Assembly: GCA_965249135.1 (NCBI GenBank)
Contig: OZ252220.1
Span: forward strand, 704,001 to 768,000
DNA from: Alphaproteobacteria bacterium
Lineage (GTDB): Bacteria; Pseudomonadota; Alphaproteobacteria; GCA-2746255
Direction of reading: 5' to 3'
Length of the DNA stretch: 64,000 nt
Program-made: the position numbers and the translations under genes
Shown here: positions 49,185 to 59,582 of the stretch, one piece after another
Numbering within the stretch: position 1 is the stretch's first letter
Layout of the letters: every line of letters begins with the position of its first letter
Notes under the pieces: generated by a model
What the model saw: the letters and a program-made list of their open reading frames with translations, nothing else
Database searches by the model: none
What the model was told of the DNA's origin: nothing

Positions 49185-50339
49185 ATGCAAGTGATTACCG
49201 ACACGGCTGCGCTTTCCAAGCTCTGCGAGCGTCTGTCTGCGACCGATTACATCACCGTCGATACGGAGTTTATCCGCGAGAAAACTTACTGGCCGCAGCT
49301 CTGCCTCGTCCAGGTAGCCGGCCCGGACGAGGCGGCGGCGATCGACCCTTTGGCAGCGGGGCTCGACCTAAGCCCGCTCCTTGAGCTAATGGCAAACAAA
49401 GACGTGCTCAAGGTGTTCCATGCCTCCCGTCAGGACATCGAAATTTTCTACCTCTTGAACGAAACGATCCCCGCCCCGCTGTTCGACACGCAGATCGCGG
49501 CGATGGCATGCGGTTTCGGCGATTCGATCGCCTATGAAACCCTCGTCAGGCGGCTAGCGAATGCCCGCATCGATAAGGCGCAACGTTTTACGGATTGGGC
49601 GCATCGCCCCTTAAGCCAGAAGCAGCTCGAATATGCGCTGGCCGACGTCACGCACCTGCGCATCATCTATGAGAAGCTCGATGCGAAGTTGAAGGCGACG
49701 AAACGAATGAGTTGGCTGGAGAGCGAGGTGAAGATCCTCACGGACCCCGGCACCTACCGTCTCGAGCCGAACAAGGCGTGGCGAAGGTTGAAGACGCGGA
49801 ATACAGACCGACGTTTTCTTGGCACCGTCCGCGAAATCGCCGCCCTTCGGGAAAGGATGGCCCAAGAGCAGGACGTGCCGCGCAATCGCATCTTGCGCGA
49901 CGATGCGATTCTCGAAATCGCCGCTCAGCTACCGGAAAGCCCGAATGATCTCCGGCGGTGCCGGGGGATCGGCAAGTCGGCGGCCGAAAATCGCCTGGGC
50001 GAGGCCATCTTGGCGGCCGTCAAGACCGCCCGCGCGCTTCCAGAAAAGGCGTTGCCGGTCCCCCTCAAGCGACCGGGAAAGCCGAGTGGCATCGGGCCGG
50101 TGGTCGACCTTCTGAAGGTGCTGCTCAAGATGCAATGCGAGGAACACTCCGTCGCCCAGAAGCTGATTGCGACCAGCGACGAAATCGAACGGATTGCCGC
50201 CGACGACGAGGCGGACGTTCCAGCACTTCGCGGCTGGCGGCGGGAAGTGTTCGGGGCCGCGGCACTCGCCCTAAAACATGGGGATCTGGCGCTTGCCATC
50301 GAGAAAGACGGGGTGCGCCTCGTCCCTTCGAAAGGCTAG
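49185..50339 (+). CDS. rnd: Ribonuclease D
   Basis: VDTEFIRE.TYWP.LCLVQ, FDTQIAA, YALADV, HRDC domain. Confidence 0.95.
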   Translation: MQVITDTAALSKLCERLSATDYITVDTEFIREKTYWPQLCLVQVAGPDEAAAIDPLAAGLDLSPLLELMANKDVLKVFHASRQDIEIFYLLNETIPAPLFDTQIAAMACGFGDSIAYETLVRRLANARIDKAQRFTDWAHRPLSQKQLEYALADVTHLRIIYEKLDAKLKATKRMSWLESEVKILTDPGTYRLEPNKAWRRLKTRNTDRRFLGTVREIAALRERMAQEQDVPRNRILRDDAILEIAAQLPESPNDLRRCRGIGKSAAENRLGEAILAAVKTARALPEKALPVPLKRPGKPSGIGPVVDLLKVLLKMQCEEHSVAQKLIATSDEIERIAADDEADVPALRGWRREVFGAAALALKHGDLALAIEKDGVRLVPSKG

Positions 50340-51007
50340 TTCTCGCCCCCCAGAATTTCACGGACGAAGGACACGGTGATGCGTCGCCGGCGTGCCAGGG
50401 CTGCCGCATCGAGCGCTTCGACGGCTTCGCCCGCCGTGGCGAAGGAGCGCTCGATCCGGCTTAGAAGATAGGCGACGACCTCTTCCCCGACGACGACTTG
50501 GCGATCGTTGAAGAGCTTGACCAGCACAGCGGCAAAGAGCCGGTCATCGGGGGGCCCTAGGCGGACGGCCGGAAGGGCGATCAGGCGCGAGCGAAGGTCG
50601 GCAAGCGCGATTTGCCAACGCGCCGGCGGCTCCCGATCCATCAAAAGCAGATGCCCTTTGCGTTCGGCAAGCACGTTGTAGAGATGGAGAAGCGCATTTT
50701 CGTCGCAATCGCCGCCCGCGCCCTCGACGATGCACGCCCGCGCACCCTGCAGAATCCCGCGTGGCTCGGTTGCGACGAGTGCGCTTGCCAGAACAAGCGG
50801 CGCTTTCGTCTTCGTCTGCCAGACATGTGCTAAATGCGTCTTGCCGCAGCCCGGCGGCCCGTAAAGAACAAGCCCGTTGCCCTGCCAGTCCGGCCAGCGG
50901 TCGATCCATGCGACGGCCGCCTCGTTCGAAGGGGCGACCAGGAAATCCTCATCCCCGAACGCCGGGCGGTGGCCAAGATCGAGGGGAAGCTGCAGCGCGC
51001 CGGTCAC
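50336..51007 (-). CDS. hdaA: DnaA-homologous regulatory inactivator
   Basis: QLPLDL clamp motif, GPPGCGKTHL, DLRSRL. GTG overlaps the upstream stop. Confidence 0.85.
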   Translation of the reverse strand: MTGALQLPLDLGHRPAFGDEDFLVAPSNEAAVAWIDRWPDWQGNGLVLYGPPGCGKTHLAHVWQTKTKAPLVLASALVATEPRGILQGARACIVEGAGGDCDENALLHLYNVLAERKGHLLLMDREPPARWQIALADLRSRLIALPAVRLGPPDDRLFAAVLVKLFNDRQVVVGEEVVAYLLSRIERSFATAGEAVEALDAAALARRRRITVSFVREILGGEN

Positions 51008-52080
51008 GGCCCGTCCGATCCATCGCCGCCGGACGCTCCCAAATGGTAATCGCTCGCCAGGTAACGCTGCACCCCGAAACGTCCCATGACCCCGATGACC
51101 GCCGCAATCGGGACCGCCAGCAGCAGGCCTAAGAAACCGCCGACGGTAGCACCTGCAAAGAGCGCGAAGATGACCCACACCGGATGCAGGCCAACGCGTT
51201 CGCCGACCAGTTTCGGCGTCACGAAATTTCCTTCGATCACCTGGCCGGCGAGAAAGACGCCGGCAACGATCGCCACCGGAAGCCAATCGGAAAACTGAAG
51301 CAGCGCCAGCGTCATGCCGACGGCGAACCCGATGAGCATGCCGAAATACGGGATGAACGAGATGAGGCCCGTCCCAAAGCCGATGACGAGCCCGAAATCG
51401 AGGCCGGCCAGCGTGAGGCCGATGCCGTAGAACAGACCCAGCAAAACGCAAACCATCGCCTGGCCTCGCACGAACCCGGCCAGCGTGTGATCGATTTCAC
51501 GAAGTTGCCCGCGGATCACCTCGGCCTGCGCCTTCGGCAGCCAGCCGTCGACGCGCCGGACGATCTTGTCCCAGTCGCGAAGCAGGTAAAAGATGACGAT
51601 CGGCGTTATCAGAAGCAGCGAGATCAGGTTAAAAAGCGCGAGCCCGCCGCTCAAAATTCTTTCGGCGATGCCGCCCACCCAACCCAGCATCTTGCCGGCC
51701 TCCGCGCCGGCCGCGGCTTCGATCTTGCCGACGATCTCCGGCGAAAGCCCGGCGAACAGTTGCGTCACGTAAGGGACCAGCGTCTCGCGGACTTCTCTTA
51801 AGTAATCCGGAACGCGTTCGGCAAAGGCCGTGATCTGATTTTCCAGAACCGGCCAGAAAAGCAGCAAGAAGAGAAAAATAAGCAGGTAGAAGCCAAGCAT
51901 GGTCAGGATCGCCGCAAGGGTGCGCGAACGCGCCACCGCCTGGAGGCGATCGGCGATGGGGTCCAGGAAGTATGCGACCCCCAGGCCCACGACGAACGGC
52001 AGCAGGATGTCCCGGAAGAGATAGAGAAACGCCACAAAAAGAAGGGCGGCGATGCTCCAGAACCGAAGAGATCTTGTCAT
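51004..52080 (-). CDS. AI-2E family transporter
   Basis: LPFV....AY.LDP, GFVRGQ, FIPY.G, VGLHPVWVIFAL. Confidence 0.9.
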   Translation of the reverse strand: MTRSLRFWSIAALLFVAFLYLFRDILLPFVVGLGVAYFLDPIADRLQAVARSRTLAAILTMLGFYLLIFLFLLLFWPVLENQITAFAERVPDYLREVRETLVPYVTQLFAGLSPEIVGKIEAAAGAEAGKMLGWVGGIAERILSGGLALFNLISLLLITPIVIFYLLRDWDKIVRRVDGWLPKAQAEVIRGQLREIDHTLAGFVRGQAMVCVLLGLFYGIGLTLAGLDFGLVIGFGTGLISFIPYFGMLIGFAVGMTLALLQFSDWLPVAIVAGVFLAGQVIEGNFVTPKLVGERVGLHPVWVIFALFAGATVGGFLGLLLAVPIAAVIGVMGRFGVQRYLASDYHLGASGGDGSDGP

Positions 52081-52087
52081 CTAAGCC

Positions 52088-52639
52088 CTACTCCTCCAAT
52101 CCAGCCGCCCGCTGCGACCAGACCACGATATAGCACCCGCCCGAGAACACCGTCGATGCCGCAACGAAATAGACGAGGATTTCCGTCAATGTCGCGACCG
52201 GGAGCTGCAAACCAAGCCCGGCCAGGACGACGCCTGCCAAAAGAATCTGCGCCAGCGTGTTGAGTTTGCCGCTGACCAGTGGCCGCATATGCAACTGGCT
52301 GGTCAGGCCCCGGAACACCATGGCGCCACCGACGATCACCAGATCACGGAAAATGGAGAGCGTAACCAGCCACATCGGAAGATGCCCCGCCACGCCGAGC
52401 GAGATAAAGACCCCCATCAAAAGCGCCTTGTCCGCAATCGGATCCAGATAGGCGCCAAGGATCGTGCGGGAGTCGAACCGCTTGGCGATGAAGCCGTCGA
52501 CGCCATCCGAGATGCTCGCCACGAGGAACAGCCAAAAGGCGGCGGTGAAAGCCTGCTCAAGCAGTAGCCACAGCACCAGCGGCACGGCGAGGAGCCGCAG
52601 GAGACTGATGATATTGGGTATGGTCGCCATCCCGTTCAT
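52088..52639 (-). CDS. CDP-alcohol phosphatidyltransferase
   Basis: IPN.IS..R, SDGVDGFIAKRF....LGAYLDPIADK. Confidence 0.9.
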   Translation of the reverse strand: MNGMATIPNIISLLRLLAVPLVLWLLLEQAFTAAFWLFLVASISDGVDGFIAKRFDSRTILGAYLDPIADKALLMGVFISLGVAGHLPMWLVTLSIFRDLVIVGGAMVFRGLTSQLHMRPLVSGKLNTLAQILLAGVVLAGLGLQLPVATLTEILVYFVAASTVFSGGCYIVVWSQRAAGLEE

Positions 52640-52661
52640 CGCCGGATTCGCATGCACGTTC

Positions 52662-53831
52662 TCACGGCGCACCCTCCGCCCCACCCTCCAGTTTCAAGAC
52701 AAGGGCCTGGCCTCCCCGATAGGACTGGAAGGAAAGGACGAGATCGCTTTGCAAGAGCGCCCGTTGTAGCTGCATGCCACCCCCCTGAAAACGTAGCCGG
52801 ATCCGCGCCTCTTCGTGGGAAAGGTAGACAAGCCGGCTTTCGAGGACGGAGGGGATGCGCTCAAGGCGCCTCTCGATTTCTAGCCAATCCTCCAGTCCCT
52901 GCAACGGCGTGACCACCGTCACCTCGCCCTCTTCCCCCGACTGCAAGAGATTGTCAAGCTTCCAGCTTTCCTCGATGCGATGCAGCGTCTGCTCGACCGC
53001 CTGGCGAAGCAGATCCTTAAGCAATTCGCGACCGGTTCCCACGAAACTCGCCACGTAGACGTCTCCCCAGGCGCCGGCGCCATAGCGGCTTAGACTCAAA
53101 TAGATGGCCGGAAGATTGAGAAAGGCCGCCGTCGTCGAACGGACTTGGGCGACAAGCGTTGCCGTCGCATCGTAGCGTTTCGATACCGTGTCCAGGCGAT
53201 CCTGATCGCCAAGTGCGGCTTGGGCCGCATCGATGGCGGCGACGTCCTCGAGATCGCCAAGGGGAAGGACGAACGGCACGAGCCCATCACGCGGGGTCAG
53301 CACCACCCACACATCCCACCAGGGATTCGGGCCTCGCCAAAGCATTCGTTCTTCCCCGGAATCAAAAACGGGCAGGACGAGAACCGGTTTGCTGCGAGTC
53401 GTCGCATATGGAATTTCGTGGCCCTGAAGGAACTTCAGGAATTCGTCGCCTTTGAAATGAACCGTCAGCTTTGCGAGGTAACGAATCCCGGACGTTTTTT
53501 CGTCCCGTACCTCGAAGGCGCGCACCAGATTGGCGATGTCATCCGGCTTGATCTCCGGAAGGCGCGCCCGATCCTGACGCAGCGTCAGCCGATCGAACAG
53601 GCGCAGGAAGGCCTCGTACTGGCCCTCGGCGAGGGCCACCTTGCGCGCCTGGTCGGCGGCACGGGCAGTGGCATCGACGGCCACGTCTTCCACCGTAAAG
53701 ACATCCACCGATGCGGCATGCGCGGCGGCGGCAAAGCCAAGCGCGGCGGCAACCACGAAGGCAGCCGCAAGGCGCCAAGTCGAACAAAGGGCCATTGCAA
53801 ACCGTCGGCGATCAAGTATCTTCAGCGTCAC
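52662..53831 (-). CDS. DUF2066-like periplasmic protein
   Basis: Signal peptide, [27 protein letters not shown]. Conserved position divergent from purM. Confidence 0.7.
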   Translation of the reverse strand: MTLKILDRRRFAMALCSTWRLAAAFVVAAALGFAAAAHAASVDVFTVEDVAVDATARAADQARKVALAEGQYEAFLRLFDRLTLRQDRARLPEIKPDDIANLVRAFEVRDEKTSGIRYLAKLTVHFKGDEFLKFLQGHEIPYATTRSKPVLVLPVFDSGEERMLWRGPNPWWDVWVVLTPRDGLVPFVLPLGDLEDVAAIDAAQAALGDQDRLDTVSKRYDATATLVAQVRSTTAAFLNLPAIYLSLSRYGAGAWGDVYVASFVGTGRELLKDLLRQAVEQTLHRIEESWKLDNLLQSGEEGEVTVVTPLQGLEDWLEIERRLERIPSVLESRLVYLSHEEARIRLRFQGGGMQLQRALLQSDLVLSFQSYRGGQALVLKLEGGAEGAP

Positions 53832-53879
53832 AAGGCATGCTCGGATTCACATACTATACCTATCACGGGCGGAACGGCC

Positions 53880-54944
53880 ATTAACAGCCGCACGTACAAA
53901 GGGGCAGGCGTCGATATCGAGGCCGGTGCGGCCCTCGTCGAAGCGATCAAACCGCTTGCAGGCAGAACCGCCCGCAAGGGAGCGCTCGGCGGCCTGGGCG
54001 GGTTTGGCGGCCTCTTCGATGTGACGGCCGCAGGTTTTCACGATCCCGTTCTCGTCGCGGCGACGGATGGGGTCGGCACGAAGCTCAAGATTGCCATCGC
54101 CACCGGCCGCCATGAAACGATCGGGATCGACCTCGTGGCGATGTGCGTGAACGACATCGTCGTGCAGGGTGCGGAACCGCTTTTCTTTCTGGACTATTTC
54201 GCCACCGCGAATTTGAACGTCGAGACGGCGAAACGCGTGCTTGGCGGCGTTGCGGAAGGCTGCATCGAAGCGGGTTGCGCGTTGATCGGGGGGGAGACCG
54301 CCGAGATGCCGGACATGTATGAGAAAACCGACTACGAGCTTGCCGGTTTCGCCGTCGGTGCCGTCGAGCGAACGCGCCTGCTTACCGGCGAAACGGTGGC
54401 GCCTGGCGATACCGTGCTAGGCCTGCAGTCGAACGGCCTGCACGCGAACGGCTTCTCCCTTGTCCGGCGGATCATCAAGGATGCAAAGCTTGCCTTCGAC
54501 GATGCCTGCCCGTTCGATCAAAGCCGAAGCCTTGGCGAAGCCCTGCTTCAACCGACTCGAATCTATGTGAAAAGTGCGCTTCGGGCGCTTGGCTCCGGAA
54601 AAGTAAAGGCGCTCGCCCACATCACCGGCGGCGGGCTCGTGGAAAACGTGCCGCGCGTCCTTCCCGAGGCGCTCGTCGCCGAAATCGACGCCACCGCCTG
54701 GCCCTATCCGTCTATTTTCCGCATGCTCGCCGAGGCGGGCAGGGTGACGCCTGTGGAAATGGCACGCACCTTCAATTGCGGCATCGGCATGGTGGCGATT
54801 GTGGCGCCCGAGGATGCGGCCGAGATCGAAGGCCATCTCCGGGAAGGGGGCGAGATCGTGCATACGATCGGCAAGATCGCAAAAGGCACAGGCCGGCCGG
54901 CAACCGTCCAGTTGAAAGGGATCGAGGCGGCATGGGCCGGGTAA
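53880..54944 (+). CDS. purM: Phosphoribosylformylglycinamidine cyclo-ligase (apparent ATT start)
   Basis: [41 protein letters not shown]. No in-frame ATG/GTG/TTG in the intergenic region. Confidence 0.92.
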   Translation: MNSRTYKGAGVDIEAGAALVEAIKPLAGRTARKGALGGLGGFGGLFDVTAAGFHDPVLVAATDGVGTKLKIAIATGRHETIGIDLVAMCVNDIVVQGAEPLFFLDYFATANLNVETAKRVLGGVAEGCIEAGCALIGGETAEMPDMYEKTDYELAGFAVGAVERTRLLTGETVAPGDTVLGLQSNGLHANGFSLVRRIIKDAKLAFDDACPFDQSRSLGEALLQPTRIYVKSALRALGSGKVKALAHITGGGLVENVPRVLPEALVAEIDATAWPYPSIFRMLAEAGRVTPVEMARTFNCGIGMVAIVAPEDAAEIEGHLREGGEIVHTIGKIAKGTGRPATVQLKGIEAAWAG

Positions 54945-55594
54945 AGGTCGGCGTCCTTATTTCCGGACGCGGCAGCAATCTCGAGGCCTTGATGGCGGCC
55001 TGCAAGGCGGCCGACTATCCGGCCGAGATCGTTCTCGTCATCTCGAACGTAGAAGGCGCGAAGGGGCTGGGCCTTGCGGAACGCGACCATATTCCGACCC
55101 GGGTGATCCCGCACAAGGATTTTCCAGATCGCGCCGCCTTCGATACGGCCCTCGATGCGGCCCTAAAGGAGGCAGGCGTCGAGATCGTCTGCCTGGCCGG
55201 TTTCATGCGCCTCCTTGGCAAGAAATTCGCCGAGGATTGGCGGGATCGGGTCCTCAACATCCACCCCTCCCTGCTTCCCGCCTTCCCCGGCCTGGACACC
55301 CATCGTAAAGCGCTCGACGCCGGCGTGAAGATCAGCGGCTGCACGGTGCACATCGTCCGCCCGGAACTGGACGACGGCCCCATCGTCGTCCAGGCGGCGG
55401 TGCCGGTCGCCGCGGACGACACGCCCGCCACGCTTGCCGCCCGGATTCTCGAGATGGAACACCGGTGCTATCCGCTGGCCCTGCGTCTGCTTGCTTCGGG
55501 CAAGATCCACATACAAGGCAATGTAGCCGCCATCAAAGGTGGGCCGCCCAAAGCCGGTTTCCTCAACCCGGCCGGGCAAGCCCGGCCAAACTAA
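54932..55594 (+). CDS. purN: Phosphoribosylglycinamide formyltransferase
   Basis: [28 protein letters not shown]. Confidence 0.95.
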   Translation: MGRVKVGVLISGRGSNLEALMAACKAADYPAEIVLVISNVEGAKGLGLAERDHIPTRVIPHKDFPDRAAFDTALDAALKEAGVEIVCLAGFMRLLGKKFAEDWRDRVLNIHPSLLPAFPGLDTHRKALDAGVKISGCTVHIVRPELDDGPIVVQAAVPVAADDTPATLAARILEMEHRCYPLALRLLASGKIHIQGNVAAIKGGPPKAGFLNPAGQARPN

Positions 55595-55696
55595 CCGGAG
55601 GGCCAAGCCCCCGAAGGTGTTCCCTTGAGCGGCAATCTGCGCTATATCAGCGGGCGAACCTTGACCGCAGTCTAACGAGCTTAAGGAGTGGTGACG

Positions 55697-55819
55697 ATGG
55701 CCGACGATCATGATCTTCAATCCCACCAGAACATGTGGGCCGGCTTCTTGAAACTGATCTGGGTCTCGGCTGGCGCAACGGTCATTCTGTTGAGCCTGAT
55801 GGCGTATTTCTTGGTTTAA
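55697..55819 (+). CDS. aa3-type cytochrome c oxidase subunit IV-like peptide (40 aa, not in the ORF track)
   Basis: MADDHDLQSHQNMWAGFLKLIWVSAGATVILLSLMAYFLV*. RBS AAGGAG. D...H...W.GF motif plus one TM helix. Confidence 0.7.
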   Translation: MADDHDLQSHQNMWAGFLKLIWVSAGATVILLSLMAYFLV

Positions 55820-55841
55820 GGCTTAACGCTTCGCTTCCTAC

Positions 55842-56264
55842 CTAACCGACGATCTCCGCCTCTTTAAAGAAGAAGTCGATTTCCTTCTTCGCATTCTCTA
55901 GCGAATCGGATCCGTGAACGGAATTCGCTTCGATCGATTCGGCGAATGCTTTACGGATCGTGCCCTCTTTCGCCTCCGCCGGGTTCGTCGCCCCCATGAC
56001 CTCGCGATTGCGGCGAACGGCGTCCTCGCCCTCGAGGGCCTGCACGACGATGGCGCCGGACGTCATGAAGGTGCAAAGACCGTCGAAGAAGGGCCGCTCG
56101 GCGTGCACCTCGTAGAAGGCTTCCGCCTCCTTCCGTGTCAGCCGCAGGCGTTTTTGAGCGACGATGCAAAGCCCCGCTTCTTCAAGCATCGCATTGATCC
56201 GGCCGGTCAGATTCCGGCGCGTCGCATCCGGCTTGATGATGGAAAGCGTTCGTTCAACGGCCAT
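55842..56264 (-). CDS. ndk: Nucleoside diphosphate kinase
   Basis: [25 protein letters not shown]. Confidence 0.96.
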   Translation of the reverse strand: MAVERTLSIIKPDATRRNLTGRINAMLEEAGLCIVAQKRLRLTRKEAEAFYEVHAERPFFDGLCTFMTSGAIVVQALEGEDAVRRNREVMGATNPAEAKEGTIRKAFAESIEANSVHGSDSLENAKKEIDFFFKEAEIVG

Positions 56265-56269
56265 TCGCC

Positions 56270-56722
56270 TCAACCTTCCTTCTTCTCCCAGCCGCCGCCC
56301 GGCGTCTGCTGCCAGTAGATGAGTTCATGGCCCTCTTCCCGATAGCGCCGCCACCGCTCGCGCGCGGCTGCGACGGCGTGCTCGTCCCGGCCATCGAAAA
56401 GCTCGAGGCAGCGTTCGTACTCTCCCATTCGCTCGGAAGCCATGCCGTCCGTCAGCACGAGAACGGAAGCGCCGTTCGGATTCTCGTCCTCGGTCGTCAG
56501 CCAAACCGGCTGGTCTTCCCCATGGCCGTCCTGGCGGCTGCCATGGGGCAAGAAGGAATGGGGCGCCAACGTCCAAAGCGCTGCGTCGAGCATCCCGACC
56601 CGCTCCTCGGAACCGGCGAGCACGATGGCCCGCGCCTTGTTCGCCAGAACCTTCTCGAGGAGCTGTGCCAGCGCCTGTTCCAGCGTGCTTCGCTGCAGAT
56701 GGTAGAAGTTGATCGCCGTCAT
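56270..56722 (-). CDS. holC: DNA polymerase III chi subunit
   Basis: INFYHL, LD..LWT....SFLPHG, AARERW..Y. Confidence 0.92.
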   Translation of the reverse strand: MTAINFYHLQRSTLEQALAQLLEKVLANKARAIVLAGSEERVGMLDAALWTLAPHSFLPHGSRQDGHGEDQPVWLTTEDENPNGASVLVLTDGMASERMGEYERCLELFDGRDEHAVAAARERWRRYREEGHELIYWQQTPGGGWEKKEG

Positions 56723-56735
56723 CGTGCGGACGTGG

Positions 56736-58241
56736 CTACCTTCCTTCGTAATTGTCCGCAACGAAGCGGTTTAGCAGGCGTACGCCGAATCCCGTCCCAC
56801 CCTTCGGCACGGTCGGTTTCTTCCGCGTCGACCACGTCACGCCGGCGATATCGATATGGGCCCACGGGATGTCCTGAATGTAGCGCTTCAGGAACTGGGC
56901 CGCCGTGCTGCTGCCAGCGCCACGGCCGGAGCCGACGTTCTTCATGTCGGCGATGTCGGAGTCGATGTCCTTGTCATACGCCTCATCGAGCGGCATCCGC
57001 CACAGGCGTTCGCCCTCCTTCTCCCCGGCATTGGCTAATTTGGCGGCGAGCTTGTCGTCCGTTGCGAAGAGCCCGGCAAACTCCGTGCCAAGCGCCACGA
57101 TGATCGCACCGGTAAGCGTTGCAAGATCGACGATGACTTTTGGCTTGAAGCGGTCCTGGCAATACCAAAGGGCGTCCGCGAGCACGAGCCTTCCTTCCGC
57201 ATCCGTATTGATGACCTCGACCGTCTGACCGGACATCGAGGTTACGACGTCGCCCGGACGCTGCGCCGTCCCCGACGGCATGTTCTCGACTAGCCCGATG
57301 ATTCCGACGGCATTCACCCGCGCCTTACGGGCCGCCAGCGCGCGAAGAACGCCGAGCACGACGGCGGATCCGCCCATGTCCCACTTCATGTCCTCCATGT
57401 GGGCGGAAGGTTTGATCGATATCCCGCCGCTGTCGAAGGTGACGCCCTTCCCGACGAAGGCGATCGGGGACTTGTCCTTCGCGCGTTTCGCGGCGCCCAA
57501 CCAGCGCAGCACGACGATACGTGGCTTTCGCACGCTTCCTTGGGCAACCCCCAAAAGCGCGCCCATGCCAAGCTTCCGCATATCCGTTTCATCAAGGACT
57601 TCGACCTTGACGCCCAAGCGGCGGAGCTTGAGCGCCTCGCGCGCCAGGGTTTCCGGATAAATGACATTCGCCGGCTCCGAAACGAGATCGCGCGTGAAGA
57701 AGACGCTGTCTGCAACCTTCTCCAGCGGCTCGTAGCGACGTCTGGCCTGGGCCGCCCCCTTCAACTGAATGGAAAGCCGTTCGAGTGACGGTTTCGCGTC
57801 CGGCTTCTTTTTCTTCCGGTATTTGTCGAAACGATAGCTACTTAAAGTGGCGCCATAGGCAATGCTCGTGGCGATCTCCAAGGCGCGCACTTTGCAGCCG
57901 GTCGGCCGATCGACGAGCACCGTTCCGTCCTTTTCTTTGGCCGCATTGATTTGGCTGACGATTTCCCCGCCGATATTCTGGAAAGCGATTTCGGAAAGGT
58001 CCTTCGCGCTGCCAAGGCCGATGAGAATGATCTGGCTGGCCTGAATATTCCGAGGCGCCAAAAGCTTCAGCGTCTGCTTCCGCTTGCCTTCGAAATGCCC
58101 ACCCTTGATGGCGCGTTTGATGGCGCCTTCACTTTCTTTGTCGAGGTTGGCTGCCGCCGCACTCAAGCGGTTGCCTTCGGGCACGCCGATGACGATGGCA
58201 CCGGTCTTCAACGGACGTGGTTCGGAGAAATCGATTTTCAT
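56736..58241 (-). CDS. pepA: Leucyl aminopeptidase (M17)
   Basis: VGKGVTFDSGG, MKWDMGG, NTDAEGRL. Confidence 0.95.
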   Translation of the reverse strand: MKIDFSEPRPLKTGAIVIGVPEGNRLSAAAANLDKESEGAIKRAIKGGHFEGKRKQTLKLLAPRNIQASQIILIGLGSAKDLSEIAFQNIGGEIVSQINAAKEKDGTVLVDRPTGCKVRALEIATSIAYGATLSSYRFDKYRKKKKPDAKPSLERLSIQLKGAAQARRRYEPLEKVADSVFFTRDLVSEPANVIYPETLAREALKLRRLGVKVEVLDETDMRKLGMGALLGVAQGSVRKPRIVVLRWLGAAKRAKDKSPIAFVGKGVTFDSGGISIKPSAHMEDMKWDMGGSAVVLGVLRALAARKARVNAVGIIGLVENMPSGTAQRPGDVVTSMSGQTVEVINTDAEGRLVLADALWYCQDRFKPKVIVDLATLTGAIIVALGTEFAGLFATDDKLAAKLANAGEKEGERLWRMPLDEAYDKDIDSDIADMKNVGSGRGAGSSTAAQFLKRYIQDIPWAHIDIAGVTWSTRKKPTVPKGGTGFGVRLLNRFVADNYEGR

Positions 58242-58443
58242 GAACGGGCCCTCCCCAACTCCGTGATCAAGGGGTTTGCACTCACCTGCCCCCTACTCTA
58301 CCGATCCACGAGACAAAGAAAAGTGGGACGTCCGGTCGGCACGAGGCGCCTCAAAAAGCGCTCGCCCCTTCCATAACTGTCCGGAAAACAGTAAAGAATG
58401 CCTGTCTGCCTCGGGATGGCAGGACTATAATCCGGCTCGAAGC

Positions 58444-59574
58444 ATGAGAAAAATTGCCTTTCTTTATGTCCTTCGTCAGCTTGCCTGGGCGACGGTGCTC
58501 GTCTGCGTGGGCCTCACCTGTGTGATCTGGCTGACCCAGTCGCTTCATTTCGTCGACCTGATCGTCAACCGTGGCATCGATCTTTCGGCCTTTGCCTCGT
58601 TGACCCTCTACCTATTGCCGACCTACCTCGTCATCGTCATCCCGATCGCGTTCTTTGCCGCCGTGCTGTTTACCTACAACAAGCTGATCGTCGACAGTGA
58701 ATTGATCGTGCTTCGTGCAGCGGGATTGCGCCCTCAAACCCTGGCGGCGCCCGCGCTTGTGCTCGCGCTCATGCTTACTGCCATCTGCTATAGCGCAACG
58801 CTTTATTTTCTTCCCAACTCTTACCGGGAATTCAAGGACCTTCAATTCCTGTTCCGCCACAGCTATTCCGCCGTCCTACTGAGGGAGGGTGTCTTTAACT
58901 CCTTCGGCGAAGGGCTCACCGTTTATGTGCGCGAGCGTGCCGGAAATGACGAACTCTACGGCATTTTGATGCACGATAGCCGAAACACGAAGCAATCCGT
59001 GACGATCATGGCCGAGCACGGCAAGTTCGTGCGAACGGATACCGGCCCCAAAGTCATTTTGCTCAATGGAAATCGTCAGGAAATCGATGAAGAGACGTCT
59101 CGCCTGCAACTCCTCTATTTCGATCGGTACACGGTCGATTTGGGCAATGTTGGACAGGCCCCCGGCTATCGCTGGCGGGAGCCGCGCGAGCGTTACCTCC
59201 CCGAACTCTTCTTTCCGACAAGTTCCGAAGATGATCAGAACAACAAGGGGAAACTGATCGCCGAGGGGCACCAACGGCTGGTCTCCCCCCTTTACAATCT
59301 TAGCTTCCTGTTCATCGCGCTTGCCACCCTCTTGTCCGGCGATTTCAATCGGCGCGGACAGACCGTACGCATTCTTACTGCGGTTGGTTTTGCGATCGTC
59401 GTTGAGTTCCTCGGCATTGGCCTTAACAACCTTGCGGCGAAAATACCGATAACGATTCCATTGATGTATTTGAATGTCGTCCTTCCGATCGCCATCGGCT
59501 ATCACCTCCTGGCAACGGGAAGCTTTCGCAAGCGGCTGATCCCGGCCACGGAACAGGAACCACGAGCCGGGTAG
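58444..59574 (+). CDS. lptF: LPS export ABC permease
   Basis: YjgP/Q pattern (WLTQSL, DSELIVL.AAG, E.HQRL). Divergent from pepA. Confidence 0.9.
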   Translation: MRKIAFLYVLRQLAWATVLVCVGLTCVIWLTQSLHFVDLIVNRGIDLSAFASLTLYLLPTYLVIVIPIAFFAAVLFTYNKLIVDSELIVLRAAGLRPQTLAAPALVLALMLTAICYSATLYFLPNSYREFKDLQFLFRHSYSAVLLREGVFNSFGEGLTVYVRERAGNDELYGILMHDSRNTKQSVTIMAEHGKFVRTDTGPKVILLNGNRQEIDEETSRLQLLYFDRYTVDLGNVGQAPGYRWREPRERYLPELFFPTSSEDDQNNKGKLIAEGHQRLVSPLYNLSFLFIALATLLSGDFNRRGQTVRILTAVGFAIVVEFLGIGLNNLAAKIPITIPLMYLNVVLPIAIGYHLLATGSFRKRLIPATEQEPRAG

Positions 59575-59582
59575 GAGAAGCG

